Below are positions 35,753-45,474 of a stretch of 64,000 bases of DNA, piece after piece; the first letter of the stretch is position 1; each line of letters starts with the position of its first letter. This DNA is from an uncultured Pseudomonadota bacterium (GTDB lineage Bacteria > Babelota > Babeliae > Babelales > RVW-14). The translations under genes and the position numbers were made by a program. The stretch covers positions 757-64,756 of the forward strand of contig CAYUQI010000005.1 in the NCBI GenBank assembly GCA_964446935.1. The letters are read 5' to 3'. Under the pieces are notes generated by a model, which saw only the letters and a program-made list of their open reading frames with translations, was not told where the DNA came from and made no database searches.

Positions 35753-35951
35753 GATAACCTCCAATAAATATAAATAATAAAATGTCTCCACCTACCAAGA
35801 GCCAGGTAGGGATCTAAATAACCTCCACAATCCCCGAGAATGCTATAATTTTTTTAAGAAACGTTTTCTCGAAATGTTCTACGTTTAAGAATTTTTTTGA
35901 TTATGCCTTAGATTACGCGTATCTGAGCATTGCGTCAAAAGGGTGCGTTTA

Positions 35952-36425
35952 TTATCTCTTTGAAAAGAAACGTTTAAAACCGACGTCTAAAAGGCGATGA
36001 TTGAGTGCGCCACTAATGAATAAAATACAAATAGAAACGGGTATTGTGCGGATAAGGTGAGGATGCGTATGCATATAGGCTAGGGTTATAACTGTTGGCG
36101 TAAGGACAATAAACCACAGGGAATGAGTGAGGGTGCGATGGGGAATAACCACGAGAATAAGACACAAAAGACTTAATCCTAAAAAAATGCTTTTGTGATA
36201 AAAAAAAGAGAGGGGAACCATGAAGGCCATTGCCATATAGAGCAAGCGCTGCCCCTTGCTTTGGATATCAATATCAGGGAATAATGAACCAAGAAGTGTG
36301 GCTGTAAGTAATATGCAATGATGCATGATACTTACTGAATGAACAATGCCCATCCATGTCAAAAGCTTAATCATCAAAATATAGGTAACAACCCCACCAA
36401 CCAAATGTCCTTTATATGAAGGCAT
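35952..36425 (-). CDS. membrane-bound metal-dependent hydrolase, YdjM/DUF457-like
   Basis: 157 aa: MPSYKGHLVGG..., LGSLFPDIDIQS, PHRTLTHSL. The His/Asp pattern and 4-5 TM helices resemble the YdjM family. Confidence 0.65.
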   Translation of the reverse strand: MPSYKGHLVGGVVTYILMIKLLTWMGIVHSVSIMHHCILLTATLLGSLFPDIDIQSKGQRLLYMAMAFMVPLSFFYHKSIFLGLSLLCLILVVIPHRTLTHSLWFIVLTPTVITLAYMHTHPHLIRTIPVSICILFISGALNHRLLDVGFKRFFSKR

Positions 36426-36447
36426 AAACGCAGCCTTTTTGTGTGTC

Positions 36448-37707
36448 TTATAACAATTTACTTATTTTAGTACCAGGATAGTAAAAACTTAAAATATCAC
36501 GAATATTCCGTCCTTGGTGTACTTGCTCATTGCTACCCCATTGACACAGCCCTCGTTGATGTCCATACCCCTTTCCTGCTATTACTATGCGATCTCGAAT
36601 TTTTTTAACTGAAAAAGATAAGCTTTTAATACGGCTTGACATTGTCCATCGCATATCATTACCAGCGATGGTGATTGTTCGATTTGATTGATCAGTAATA
36701 GCTACCCGTAAAACAAGGCCAGCTTTATCAACCTTAACGACCTTGATATCTTTAATAGCTTTTACTGATTTTAGTTTGCGCGCAAGATGTTGGGATGCCT
36801 TGAGTTTGCCAAGTAATGCTTTTTCTGGAAGATCTATTTTCCATCGAAAACTAGGGCTTTTTTGACAATACAAACAACGTTCGTGACGACATAAATATGG
36901 TTTGCTTGTTTCTCTGTTATACATCAATGAAGGAACTGATCCTCCACAGCAAGAATCAAACATTGTCAAAGCAATGTGCCCTTTATAGGTAATGATCATT
37001 CCTGCGGTTTCATCAATTGCTTGGCGAATACGATTGTAATTGTGTGTGCCATTATACACCTGGTGCATAGTTGTGTTTTTTATATCATAAAAACACGGAT
37101 GCAGCTTGTTTTGGCGTGCTTGTTGCATTAAAAAAACTGCATATGTTCGTGAAACAATAGCTTGTATTTTCTGTGAGTTGAGTGGCCATGATGGAATGCT
37201 TTCATAGCGGACGACTGAATAAACATAGTCTTCAAGAGGCAATTTGTTAATGACAAGAACCTTTTTATTGGTTTTATCCAGTTGAATGATAAGGCTTCCT
37301 TGATACGAATAACTGCCTATTGTTATTTTGTTGTTTGTATCGCAGATCTCAATATTATTGTACTTTATACGACGATACTGATGATCATGACAACGTAGAT
37401 AAAGGTTGTCATTTTTACATAAAAGATGTAATTCGCCTTTTTGATAGAGGGCTGTATTTCCAGATTCTGCCGGACTTTCAAGAATAAATCCATTAGCAGC
37501 TTTTATAATGAATTTTTTTTCGGTTGCCATATCGTGCTCATTAAGCAGAACACGGATTTTTTTTACTTTGGGAATGCGAATAGATGATTCTGTCGATGTT
37601 ATTGTTGATTCCGAAGGAGTTGGTACTATGGCAGCTACCATTGATGGATGTTCTGTGCACCACAATGATATGCTTAAAAAGAAAAAAATATACTTACTTG
37701 TATTCAC
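36448..37707 (-). CDS. SpoIID/LytB-domain protein (peptidoglycan lytic transglycosylase / amidase enhancer)
   Basis: 419 aa with a signal peptide. Motifs: LEDYVYSVVRYESIPSWPLNSQKIQAIVSRTYAV, FDSCCGGSVPS and GYGHQRGLCQWGS, all typical of SpoIID. Confidence 0.8.
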   Translation of the reverse strand: MNTSKYIFFFLSISLWCTEHPSMVAAIVPTPSESTITSTESSIRIPKVKKIRVLLNEHDMATEKKFIIKAANGFILESPAESGNTALYQKGELHLLCKNDNLYLRCHDHQYRRIKYNNIEICDTNNKITIGSYSYQGSLIIQLDKTNKKVLVINKLPLEDYVYSVVRYESIPSWPLNSQKIQAIVSRTYAVFLMQQARQNKLHPCFYDIKNTTMHQVYNGTHNYNRIRQAIDETAGMIITYKGHIALTMFDSCCGGSVPSLMYNRETSKPYLCRHERCLYCQKSPSFRWKIDLPEKALLGKLKASQHLARKLKSVKAIKDIKVVKVDKAGLVLRVAITDQSNRTITIAGNDMRWTMSSRIKSLSFSVKKIRDRIVIAGKGYGHQRGLCQWGSNEQVHQGRNIRDILSFYYPGTKISKLL

Positions 37708-37780
37708 AAAATCATCCTACAAGGTTAATGCTGCTGGTTTTTATTGATTAAAAAAGCTGTATAGCGCAATTTTGAAACAC

Positions 37781-38332
37781 TTAACAGACGCCATAGTCTG
37801 CCAGAATTTTTGCAATGTTGGAAGGGATTGCTCGTTTTTTATCGATCCCTTCATTCGCGAGTTTATCGGCGATTTTGTTTTTATCTCGTGTAACATGGGT
37901 GAAGGAATACGATATTGTTTGTAGTAAAGAACTAATAATTTTTTTTAATTGAGCCAGGATTGGATTTTTGGTTTTATAAGCACCATTCATTTGTCTTACA
38001 AGCAGTTCTGAATCCGAAAAAATAGAAACATGGGGATGCGTCAGATCATGTTTTTTGCACATTTCCTGGGTGAGAAGGAGTGCTATGAGCAAGGCGAGGT
38101 ATTCTGCTTGATTGTTGGTTTTTTCTTCAAGGTAGAGACCTTTTTTTATGGTTGGTTTTTCATCAATAGTAATGTAAATTCCTGCTCCCGCAGGGCCGGG
38201 ATTGCCTCGCGCTGCGCCATCTATATAGATAATTATGCTTGGTTGGTTAATGATATGTTTGATGACAGATTGTGGTTGTTTGGCTTGAATACTGTCAGAT
38301 AACAATGAAAGTTGTTTTTCCATAATAATCAA
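37781..38332 (-). CDS. rnhA: ribonuclease HI
   Basis: 183 aa with IYIDGAARGNPGPAGAGIYI (DEDD Asp1), NNQAEYLALL (Glu), IFSDSELLV (Asp) and DKLANEG. Its start overlaps the upstream gene stop by 4 nt. Confidence 0.82.
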   Translation of the reverse strand: MIIMEKQLSLLSDSIQAKQPQSVIKHIINQPSIIIYIDGAARGNPGPAGAGIYITIDEKPTIKKGLYLEEKTNNQAEYLALLIALLLTQEMCKKHDLTHPHVSIFSDSELLVRQMNGAYKTKNPILAQLKKIISSLLQTISYSFTHVTRDKNKIADKLANEGIDKKRAIPSNIAKILADYGVC

Positions 38333-39069
38333 TATTGTGTCGTTGACGGTTCTTTGGTTTGATCTTCATCACAGTAAAGGAATCGAAAGCAATTACGGCA
38401 TAAAATGAGTTGTGACTTTTTTAGTTTTGCTATATCAGGTAAAGGAATATTGTAAAAACATGCGCTGCAGCTGGTATTATTAATAGGCACGATTGGATCT
38501 TGAACACTGTGTCGCATTCGTTCATATTGTGTTTTCCATTCATCAGGGATACGTTGCATGGCGTCTTCACGAGAGGTAAATATTTCTGCTCGTTTTTGCG
38601 CAAGATGATTAATGTTATCATTTTTGGCGCTTATATCACATTTGATTTTCTCTATCTGAGCTCCCTGACTACTTGCCAATGTTTCTATTTCTTTTTTGAG
38701 CGTATCAAGTGAATACATCTGTTTTAATATTTGTTCTTCGAGAACGCTTCGTTTTTGTGCAATTGTTGCAATTTCTTTCTCGAAAGCCTTGTATTCTTTT
38801 TGATCATTAACATGATCAAGCTGTACTCTTTTTTTATCTTCAGCTGCCTTGAGATCTTGAGCTTCAAGATCTTTTAACTGGTAGTCTTTTTGAAGAATAA
38901 ACAGGTTTTTTTGTTTTTCGGTAATAAGAGCATTACTCGATGCCAGTTGTTGTTGATCCTTTTCCATCCCCTCTTTAATAGTGGTCAGATTGCGATCGAT
39001 TGTGATAAGTTCCTTATCATAGTCAGCAACTTTTTTTATGAGTTGCCAGAGCGATTGGGTAATAATCAT
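38329..39069 (-). CDS. coiled-coil zinc-ribbon protein (COG1579/DUF164-like)
   Basis: 246 aa with a long coiled coil and a C-terminal C4 ribbon (CSACFYNIP...CRNCFRFL). I recall the same pairing with an RNase H gene in other phyla, but did not verify it. Confidence 0.65.
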   Translation of the reverse strand: MIITQSLWQLIKKVADYDKELITIDRNLTTIKEGMEKDQQQLASSNALITEKQKNLFILQKDYQLKDLEAQDLKAAEDKKRVQLDHVNDQKEYKAFEKEIATIAQKRSVLEEQILKQMYSLDTLKKEIETLASSQGAQIEKIKCDISAKNDNINHLAQKRAEIFTSREDAMQRIPDEWKTQYERMRHSVQDPIVPINNTSCSACFYNIPLPDIAKLKKSQLILCRNCFRFLYCDEDQTKEPSTTQY

Positions 39070-39110
39070 TGCTCGCTCCTTAGCTTGCGTGTCAGATTGG
39101 CTCGATGTTG

Positions 39111-39186
39111 TGGTGGGCCCACCAGGATTTGAACCTGGGACCTTTCGGTTATGAGCCGACTGCTCTCACCACTGAGCTATGGGCCC
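39111..39186 (-). tRNA. tRNA with anticodon CAT (Met, or Ile2 if lysidinylated), CCA encoded
   Basis: Minus strand: GGGCCCATAGCTCAGTGGTGAGAGCAGTCGGCTCATAACCGAAAGGTCCCAGGTTCAAATCCTGGTGGGCCCACCA. It is 76 nt with a cloverleaf and G1-C72, so it is not an initiator type. Confidence 0.9.
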
Positions 39187-39220
39187 TTTGGTTTATGATG
39201 AAACTAGTCTAAAGAATCTT

Positions 39221-40228
39221 TCATGAGTTGTGAAGCAAAAAGTCCTTGAGTCTACATGCGTAGCCATATTCGTTATCGTACCATGCAAAGACTTTGCCCA
39301 TGGAGCCGACGCATTGAGTCAGTAGGCTATCAATGGTGCATGATGCCTCGTTACCAATAAAATCTGATGAAACAAGGGGCAATTCTGTGTATTGTACAAT
39401 TCCCTTCAGAGATCCTTGCGCTGCATGCTTGAAAGATTCATTGATACTTTGTGCTGTTATTGGTTTCTGACTGATAAACGTAAAATCAAGCAGTGAAGCA
39501 TTGACGACGGGCACCCGAATAGATGATGCACGTAGCTTGCCTTCAAGGTCAGGAAATATTTTAACAATAACTTTATCAGCACCCGTTTTAGTTGGAACTA
39601 TATTGATAGCAGCTGCTCGTGCACGGCGAGGATCCTTGTGATCAACGTCAAGCAAGACCTGGTCATTTGTGTAAGCATGAATTGTGGTCATAAGACCGTT
39701 AGCAATGCCAAATGATTCCTGCAATACTTTGACAACTGGCGCAAAACAGTTAGTGGTGCAACTACCAAGCGATACAATGGCATGCTTTTGAGCATTGTAT
39801 TGAGCATCATTGACTCCGGGAATAACAATAACGTCTTCATTGGATGCCGGCGCTGTAATTAATACTTTTTTGCTTCCTGCTGTGCAGTGCTTACGTGCCT
39901 TGTCTCCATCGGTAAAGCGGCCAGAGGCCTCAATGACCCAATCGATGCCGAGGCTTTTCCAGGGGAGCTTTTCAGGATCTGCTTCAGAGAAAACAGCTAT
40001 TGCATGATCATTGATGACAAGACTCTTGCCGTTAAATGATACCGATCCTTGGAATTGGCCCATGATTGAATCATATTTAAATAATACGTCAAGATTTGCA
40101 GGCAGTGATGGTCCAGTGTTAATTGCAACGACATTGAGTTTTTTGAGTGTTTGTTGGTTGGCAAAAAGGCTTCGTAAAAAGCTGCGTCCAATTCGTCCAA
40201 AACCATTGATAGCTAATGCTAATGCCAT
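39221..40228 (-). CDS. gap: glyceraldehyde-3-phosphate dehydrogenase
   Basis: 335 aa with INGFGRIGR, the active site SLGSCTTNCFAP, and WYDNEYGY at the C-terminus. Confidence 0.95.
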   Translation of the reverse strand: MALALAINGFGRIGRSFLRSLFANQQTLKKLNVVAINTGPSLPANLDVLFKYDSIMGQFQGSVSFNGKSLVINDHAIAVFSEADPEKLPWKSLGIDWVIEASGRFTDGDKARKHCTAGSKKVLITAPASNEDVIVIPGVNDAQYNAQKHAIVSLGSCTTNCFAPVVKVLQESFGIANGLMTTIHAYTNDQVLLDVDHKDPRRARAAAINIVPTKTGADKVIVKIFPDLEGKLRASSIRVPVVNASLLDFTFISQKPITAQSINESFKHAAQGSLKGIVQYTELPLVSSDFIGNEASCTIDSLLTQCVGSMGKVFAWYDNEYGYACRLKDFLLHNS

Positions 40229-40240
40229 TGTAAACTCCTT

Positions 40241-41353
40241 CTACAGTTTGTATGTTTTGAGGAGCGAAATAAGTGGCGCTACCCCTTCTTTCGACGTGGT
40301 ATGAATAAATACTTGTGGTTGATAACTAATAACATGCGAGATAATCTGACTGTTTTGTTCTGGCTCCAAAAGATCGATTTTATTAAAAACATAAATCATA
40401 GGAGCTTTGACATGCAAATCTTTAAGTGTGTCTTGGACGACTTCAATTTGACTTTCCCATGCAGGATTGCTGATATCTACAACATGAAGCAATACTGATG
40501 CAAAGTGGAGTTCGTCTAATGTTGATTTGAAGGCTGCAATCAAATTATGAGGAATTTGGCTGATAAAACCAACGGTATCGGAAATGAGCGCCTTTTTTGT
40601 ACCATTCAAATACAGCTCTCGTGTGGTGGTGTCCAGCGTGGCAAACAGTTTGTTTTCTGCTAGAACATCGCCTTTTGCAATTCTGTTTAAAAGACTTGAT
40701 TTGCCTGCATTGGTATAACCAATAATACAAATGAGTGGTATATGACTGTCAAGACGTCGCTTACGCTGTACTTCTCGTGAACGTTCGAGTGTTTCGAGCC
40801 GTTTTTTAGCTTGGCGTATTTTTTCGGCAAAATGACGTCGTATTTCTTCAGACAATGTCTCACCAGGACCTCGTGCGCCGATCATACCGGCTTGTTGCGC
40901 AAGTTCGCGTCCTTTGCCGGTGAGTCGTGTTTTTAGATAGTCAATCTCCGCCATTTCCACCTGAATTTTACCTTCAGATGAGTGTGCTGATTGTTTAAAA
41001 ATATCCAAAATGATTTTTTCACGATCATAGATAGTGCATCCGAGTGCACGCTCGAGGTTGCGCTCTTGTAATGGTGATAAAAGTTCTGAAAATACAATGA
41101 GTTCAATGTTATTAGTTGTACAAAAGGTTTGTAATTCTTCCAACTTTCCCTTGGTCAAAAACATGTTGTTATCAGTTGCGCGAAGTTTTAAAAAAAGTGT
41201 TTGATCATACGGAAGTCCCAGCGTGTCGACAAGACTTAAAAATTCTTCAAAGTAATAGTCTTGATTACCAAGTGGATTAGTTGACGTCCATACGCCCACC
41301 AAAAGAGTTTTTGGGTGCGTTCGGGTACTAATGGTGTTGTGTTTGTTTGTCAT
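40241..41353 (-). CDS. hflX: GTPase HflX
   Basis: 370 aa with an HflX N-domain (ELLSPLQERNLERALGCTIYDREKIILDIF, GPGETLSE) followed by the G domain GYTNAGKSSLLN...DTVGF...NKID. Confidence 0.9.
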   Translation of the reverse strand: MTNKHNTISTRTHPKTLLVGVWTSTNPLGNQDYYFEEFLSLVDTLGLPYDQTLFLKLRATDNNMFLTKGKLEELQTFCTTNNIELIVFSELLSPLQERNLERALGCTIYDREKIILDIFKQSAHSSEGKIQVEMAEIDYLKTRLTGKGRELAQQAGMIGARGPGETLSEEIRRHFAEKIRQAKKRLETLERSREVQRKRRLDSHIPLICIIGYTNAGKSSLLNRIAKGDVLAENKLFATLDTTTRELYLNGTKKALISDTVGFISQIPHNLIAAFKSTLDELHFASVLLHVVDISNPAWESQIEVVQDTLKDLHVKAPMIYVFNKIDLLEPEQNSQIISHVISYQPQVFIHTTSKEGVAPLISLLKTYKL

Positions 41354-41359
41354 GAAGTG

Positions 41360-41896
41360 TTATTCCTTTAATAAACTGATAATTGCTTGGCTAAATTCTT
41401 TAACAAATTGAGGGCTTTGTGCGGTGATAATTTTATTTTCTTTAAGCGTTATACATCCTTGATCAACAAATTTAACTCCGTTTTTTTCGAAAAGAGCTTT
41501 TGCTGGAGCATCTGGATAAATAGTGGCTTTTTTGCCTTTCAAAAGTCCTGCCTCTGCTGGAACTGAACATGCATGACAGATGGTGGCAACAATTTTTTTC
41601 TTATCATTGAAGTACCACGCCGTATCGATAACTTTTTTATTACCCCACAAATAGGTCGATGACCCTGGGCCACCAGGAATAACGAGCGCGGCATATGTAT
41701 CGAAGTCTGCTTCTTTCATGGTGGTGAGTTGCAGATTAGGTGTTATCTTGAGTCCGAGTTTTCCGTGAGCATCTCCGGGCGTTAACCCTGCTATGTCAAC
41801 TACGAACCTAGCTTCATTGAGAGCTGTGTAGGGTACGTTAAATTCGTAATCTTGAAAATCCTTTGGCATTACGATAAATAAAACCTTCTTAATCAT
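41360..41896 (-). CDS. DJ-1/PfpI family protein
   Basis: Start probably at ATG 41896 (MIKKVLFIV). ALVIPGGPGS and the nucleophile elbow ATICHACSV are present. Confidence 0.8.
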   Translation of the reverse strand: MIKKVLFIVMPKDFQDYEFNVPYTALNEARFVVDIAGLTPGDAHGKLGLKITPNLQLTTMKEADFDTYAALVIPGGPGSSTYLWGNKKVIDTAWYFNDKKKIVATICHACSVPAEAGLLKGKKATIYPDAPAKALFEKNGVKFVDQGCITLKENKIITAQSPQFVKEFSQAIISLLKE

Positions 41897-41947
41897 GCAA
41901 ACTCCTTTCATACGCGTAATATTTGCAAAGGGTTGATTCTAGTTTTT

Positions 41948-42064
41948 GTCATGCTGCCTGCCAGCCGAAGCGGCTTGCCTTCGCCAAGGCTTGGAATTTA
42001 TTTCAGCGTCCATATTATATGATGATAAATGAGAATTGATCCTGAAACAAGTTCAGGATGACAA
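41948..42064. repeat. dispersed palindromic intergenic repeat, copy 2 (with extra GC-rich mini-hairpins)
   Basis: Core 41993-42062 (GGAATTTATTTCAGCGTCC...GATCCTGAAACAAGTTCAGGATGAC) aligns with 1979-2046. It is preceded by GTCATGCTGCC and two small GC hairpins (AGCCG-AAG-CGGCT; GCCTT-CGCC-AAGGC). Confidence 0.8.
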
Positions 42065-42082
42065 AACGTGATCTTTGATTAT

Positions 42083-42796
42083 TTAAGGTCGTTTCATCTC
42101 CAGAAGGTACCGTGTTGGTTTGCCAGCCTCATAGAAAAATCCGACATCTTGAAGCCCGGCTTTTTTGGCGGCATAGTAGCTGCGCTTATTCCAAAGTCGT
42201 ATGTGGACAATGTAGCTTTTTTCGTGTGGTTTCACTTTAAAGTAAACATCAGAAAGGAGTTTAATGGCTTCTTGGATACGACCTCCGCCTCGATAGGCTT
42301 CATGAAGACCATAGCCAAGTTGTCCTGGATCTTCAGGGTTTTTATCACGAAGATTTATAAAGCCGATCAGTTTGTTGTCTTTATTATCAAAAATGCAGTA
42401 ACTCATGAGCGTTCCTGCGGCTACTTGGCGTAACTCATTTTGTAAATATCGGATGGTATATCCAAGGGTGATGTGTTCGGGAAATTCTAATCCTTTTCGT
42501 ATATCAACTGAAAACATGTTGTGATAATCAAGGAAGTAAGCCTCTTTGAGCGCTCTGAGCGTAATGATTTTGCCCTTAATTTCATCTGGTGGGGTTGCGA
42601 ATGCTTCTGTTTGTTGATGTGTTGTAAATACACGATAGGTGCTATATCCAAGTGGCAGTAGAGCAGCAAGAAGAACAATAACGATAATACGACGTGTGCG
42701 TGACATAGCTGCAAATGATGAACGAAGATTGGATAATAAGTGAGCCATGGTAACCCATTCATTTTTGAATTTATACTCCAGTTCCCCCAAGGACAA
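42083..42796 (-). CDS. GNAT-family N-acetyltransferase with N-terminal membrane anchor
   Basis: 237 aa. A hydrophobic segment RRIIVIVLLAALLPLGYSTY is followed by a RimJ/RimL-like GNAT core (LGYGLHEAYRGGGRIQEA acetyl-CoA loop; NKRSYYAAKKAGL). The start codon is uncertain (M1, M17 or M31). Confidence 0.6.
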   Translation of the reverse strand: MSLGELEYKFKNEWVTMAHLLSNLRSSFAAMSRTRRIIVIVLLAALLPLGYSTYRVFTTHQQTEAFATPPDEIKGKIITLRALKEAYFLDYHNMFSVDIRKGLEFPEHITLGYTIRYLQNELRQVAAGTLMSYCIFDNKDNKLIGFINLRDKNPEDPGQLGYGLHEAYRGGGRIQEAIKLLSDVYFKVKPHEKSYIVHIRLWNKRSYYAAKKAGLQDVGFFYEAGKPTRYLLEMKRP

Positions 42797-42871
42797 GGTT
42801 TTTAACCTCTAAAGTATAGTATAGTGTAATTTATTTGTTTCAAGCAACAGATTGAAAAGATGGTGACCTTT

Positions 42872-44416
42872 TTATAAGGGCATATTACCGTGTTTTCGTT
42901 TAGGTAAGGTTTCAACCTTGTCCTTGGTGATATGCAACGCTTTGGTGATTGATTCTCGCGTTTGGTCTGGATCAATAATAGCGTCAATATAACCGTGTTC
43001 AGCTGCGGTAAAAGGGTTCAAGAACGTCTGCTGATATTCTTGTTCCAGGTGTTGTTGAATGGTATCCCGTTGATCAAGAGGCGTTTGTGCAATCGTTTTG
43101 CCGTGCAAAATAGTAACCCCGGCTCGTGCACTAAGAACTGCAATTTGTGCTTCTGGCCAAGCGAAATTGAAGTCCCCTCCAAGTTCTTTACTTCCCATAA
43201 CAATAAATGCACCGCCAAAGGCCTTACGCAAAATCAAGGTGATCTTTGGCACCGTTGCTGTTGCATAGGCGTACAGTAACTTGGCACCATGTCTGATGAT
43301 ACCGTTGTGTTCTTGTTCTACACCGGGTAAGTAGCCCGGGGTGTCGACCAAGGTAACCAAGGGAATGCCAAAACTATCACATAAACGAATAAATCGTGCT
43401 GCTTTACATGAAGCTTCAATGTCGATAGTGCCGGCTTTAACAAGCGGTTGATTGGCAACAATCCCAACAACCATGCCGTCAATGCGTGCAAAGCCAATGA
43501 CTATATTGGTGGCAAACAGAGCATGTAACTCAAAAAAACTTTCGCTGTCTACCACGGAGGCGATGACCTCTTTGATGTTGTAGGGTTGATTAGGATTGGA
43601 AGGAACAATAGAGGAGAGGTTTGAAGCCACCGGTTCGATAAGCCGAGAGACAAATGGCGGCTGGTCTAGGTATGATTGAGGCAAATATTCAAGCAATACT
43701 TTAAGATTGGCAAAGCATTCATCTTCGCTATCGCATATAACGTGAGCGACTCCGGAGAGTGAGGCATGTACCATGGCACCACCCAGGTCTTCTTTAGTAA
43801 TGGTTTGATGAGCTGCTACGGCAATGACCTGTGGGCCAGTGATAAACATTTGGCTAATTTCTTTGGTCATAAAGACGAAATCGGTGAGAGCTGGTGAATA
43901 AACAGCGCCGCCAGCGCAGGGGCCAAGGATAAGAGATATTTGAGGAATAATGCCGGAATAGTGGCTGTTACGTTTAAAAATTTCTCCATAGCCAGTCAGT
44001 GCATGAATACCTTCATCAATACGGGCGCCACCTGAGTCAATAATGCCAATAATAGGGCAACCGATTTTGGCAGCCATGTCCATTATTTTGACGATTTTGG
44101 CTGCGTGTTTTTTACCCAAAGATCCACCTTTGACGGTAAAATCTTGCGCATACACAGCTACTTGTCGGCCGTTAATGGTGCCAAAGCCGGTAATTACTCC
44201 ATCAGTATATGATTTGGTTGAAAGAAAAGGCGATGTGACGAGTCGGTCAGTTTCCGTGAAGCTTCCTGCGTCCAGCAGGAGCTCTAGCCGCTTGCGTGCG
44301 GTATATTTTCCAAGTTCTGCTTGGTGTTTTATTTTTTCTTCTCCACCACCCAATAACGCTTGCTGATCAATGCGTTGCCACTGTTGCGCGCAGTTTATAT
44401 CCATCTCTTTAAGCAC
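42872..44416 (-). CDS. acyl-CoA carboxylase carboxyltransferase subunit (propionyl-CoA carboxylase beta / methylmalonyl-CoA decarboxylase alpha family)
   Basis: 514 aa with a fused N+C carboxyltransferase. Blocks: GGGEEKIKHQAELGKYTARKRLELL, FTVKGGSLG, DSGGARIDEG, DTPGYLPG and LRKAFGGAF. Confidence 0.9.
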   Translation of the reverse strand: MLKEMDINCAQQWQRIDQQALLGGGEEKIKHQAELGKYTARKRLELLLDAGSFTETDRLVTSPFLSTKSYTDGVITGFGTINGRQVAVYAQDFTVKGGSLGKKHAAKIVKIMDMAAKIGCPIIGIIDSGGARIDEGIHALTGYGEIFKRNSHYSGIIPQISLILGPCAGGAVYSPALTDFVFMTKEISQMFITGPQVIAVAAHQTITKEDLGGAMVHASLSGVAHVICDSEDECFANLKVLLEYLPQSYLDQPPFVSRLIEPVASNLSSIVPSNPNQPYNIKEVIASVVDSESFFELHALFATNIVIGFARIDGMVVGIVANQPLVKAGTIDIEASCKAARFIRLCDSFGIPLVTLVDTPGYLPGVEQEHNGIIRHGAKLLYAYATATVPKITLILRKAFGGAFIVMGSKELGGDFNFAWPEAQIAVLSARAGVTILHGKTIAQTPLDQRDTIQQHLEQEYQQTFLNPFTAAEHGYIDAIIDPDQTRESITKALHITKDKVETLPKRKHGNMPL

Positions 44417-44578
44417 CCTTAGCTGTGAGCCGAAATTTTTTTAGATTACGACTTTACAACCCCCACCAATGCAGTATAACATTAGAGAAAGTTGTTTTCA
44501 AAAGGGGCACCTGTTAGTTCTCTCCATAAGCATGGGACATCATAACCAAGGTGCATACCGGCAAACAGGGAGAGAGTA

Positions 44579-45139
44579 ATGGAACCACAACGGCAGCAAA
44601 GCCAAAAAGAGACAAGTCTGGCATGGTTTAAGCTTGCTGATCTTATAGCGCGAGGAGAACGAGAAAAAGCGCTCAATGTCTTTCGACTATTATCGCATTC
44701 ATTGCCTGATCGAGCCTATGTTTTGCAGCTAGAAGGCGATATCTTATGGCATCTTGATGATGACAAAAATTCGTATGAGAAATATAAACAAGCGGCTTTT
44801 TTGTATCAGAAGGAAAAACGTTGGATTGATGCCATTGCTATTTATGAGCATTTGTTGACGCAGAATCCTGATTCACCAGATATTGTCGGATCTTTGCTTG
44901 TATTCTATGCCGTGATAGATTGGCAGGAAAAGTTCCAAGAACGTTTTGGTCGTCTGATGAAACTTTTTAAAAAGGGTGATGCTGGAGAGTTACAGGTAGA
45001 AAAGATCATCCAAGATGTTATCGATATTGTTGGTATTACTGGTAATAAGTGTGAAAAAAGGTGGCTTTTTGACTGGTTGTCAGAAGTTGTTGATGACCTT
45101 CCTGAAGCAATTGCAACGCGGTTGCGGGGGCTTTTGTAA
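44579..45139 (+). CDS. hypothetical protein, helical-repeat (TPR-like?)
   Basis: 186 aa, all-helical in appearance (KALNVFRLLSHSLPDRAYVLQLEGDILWHL...KYKQAAFLYQKEKRWIDAIAIYEHLL). No signal peptide and no family recognised. Confidence 0.45.
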   Translation: MEPQRQQSQKETSLAWFKLADLIARGEREKALNVFRLLSHSLPDRAYVLQLEGDILWHLDDDKNSYEKYKQAAFLYQKEKRWIDAIAIYEHLLTQNPDSPDIVGSLLVFYAVIDWQEKFQERFGRLMKLFKKGDAGELQVEKIIQDVIDIVGITGNKCEKRWLFDWLSEVVDDLPEAIATRLRGLL

Positions 45140-45474
45140 ACGTGATCAAAGTGTGATACAGTAAAACCATCTTTCATCTACCAAAAGTCTCTATAATATA
45201 TCTTTAGTATTCTCTGTGTATCCCCGCACCCAGTCCCCCGTCACAATATGTGTTCCATTTACAAAAATATGACTAGTTTGTGTTATTTTGTATAGCCAAT
45301 TAGAAATACTTTCAATGTGTAATAAAATATTAACAAATCGTATAAAAGATTAATGTTTTGCCATTTGATATTTTTTTATTCAGGTGCTAGGCTTTAAATC
45401 GTTGATCATTGTGTAATGGTCATTCAGAAAAAATGTAGGTTATATAACACGTTATAAAAACGGGGGTTATTATC

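Noticed and set aside
42068-42433. 121-aa plus-strand ORF antisense to the GNAT gene
   Set aside because: The GNAT frame has clear acetyl-CoA-binding motifs. The antisense frame has none, and it starts inside the intergenic repeat.
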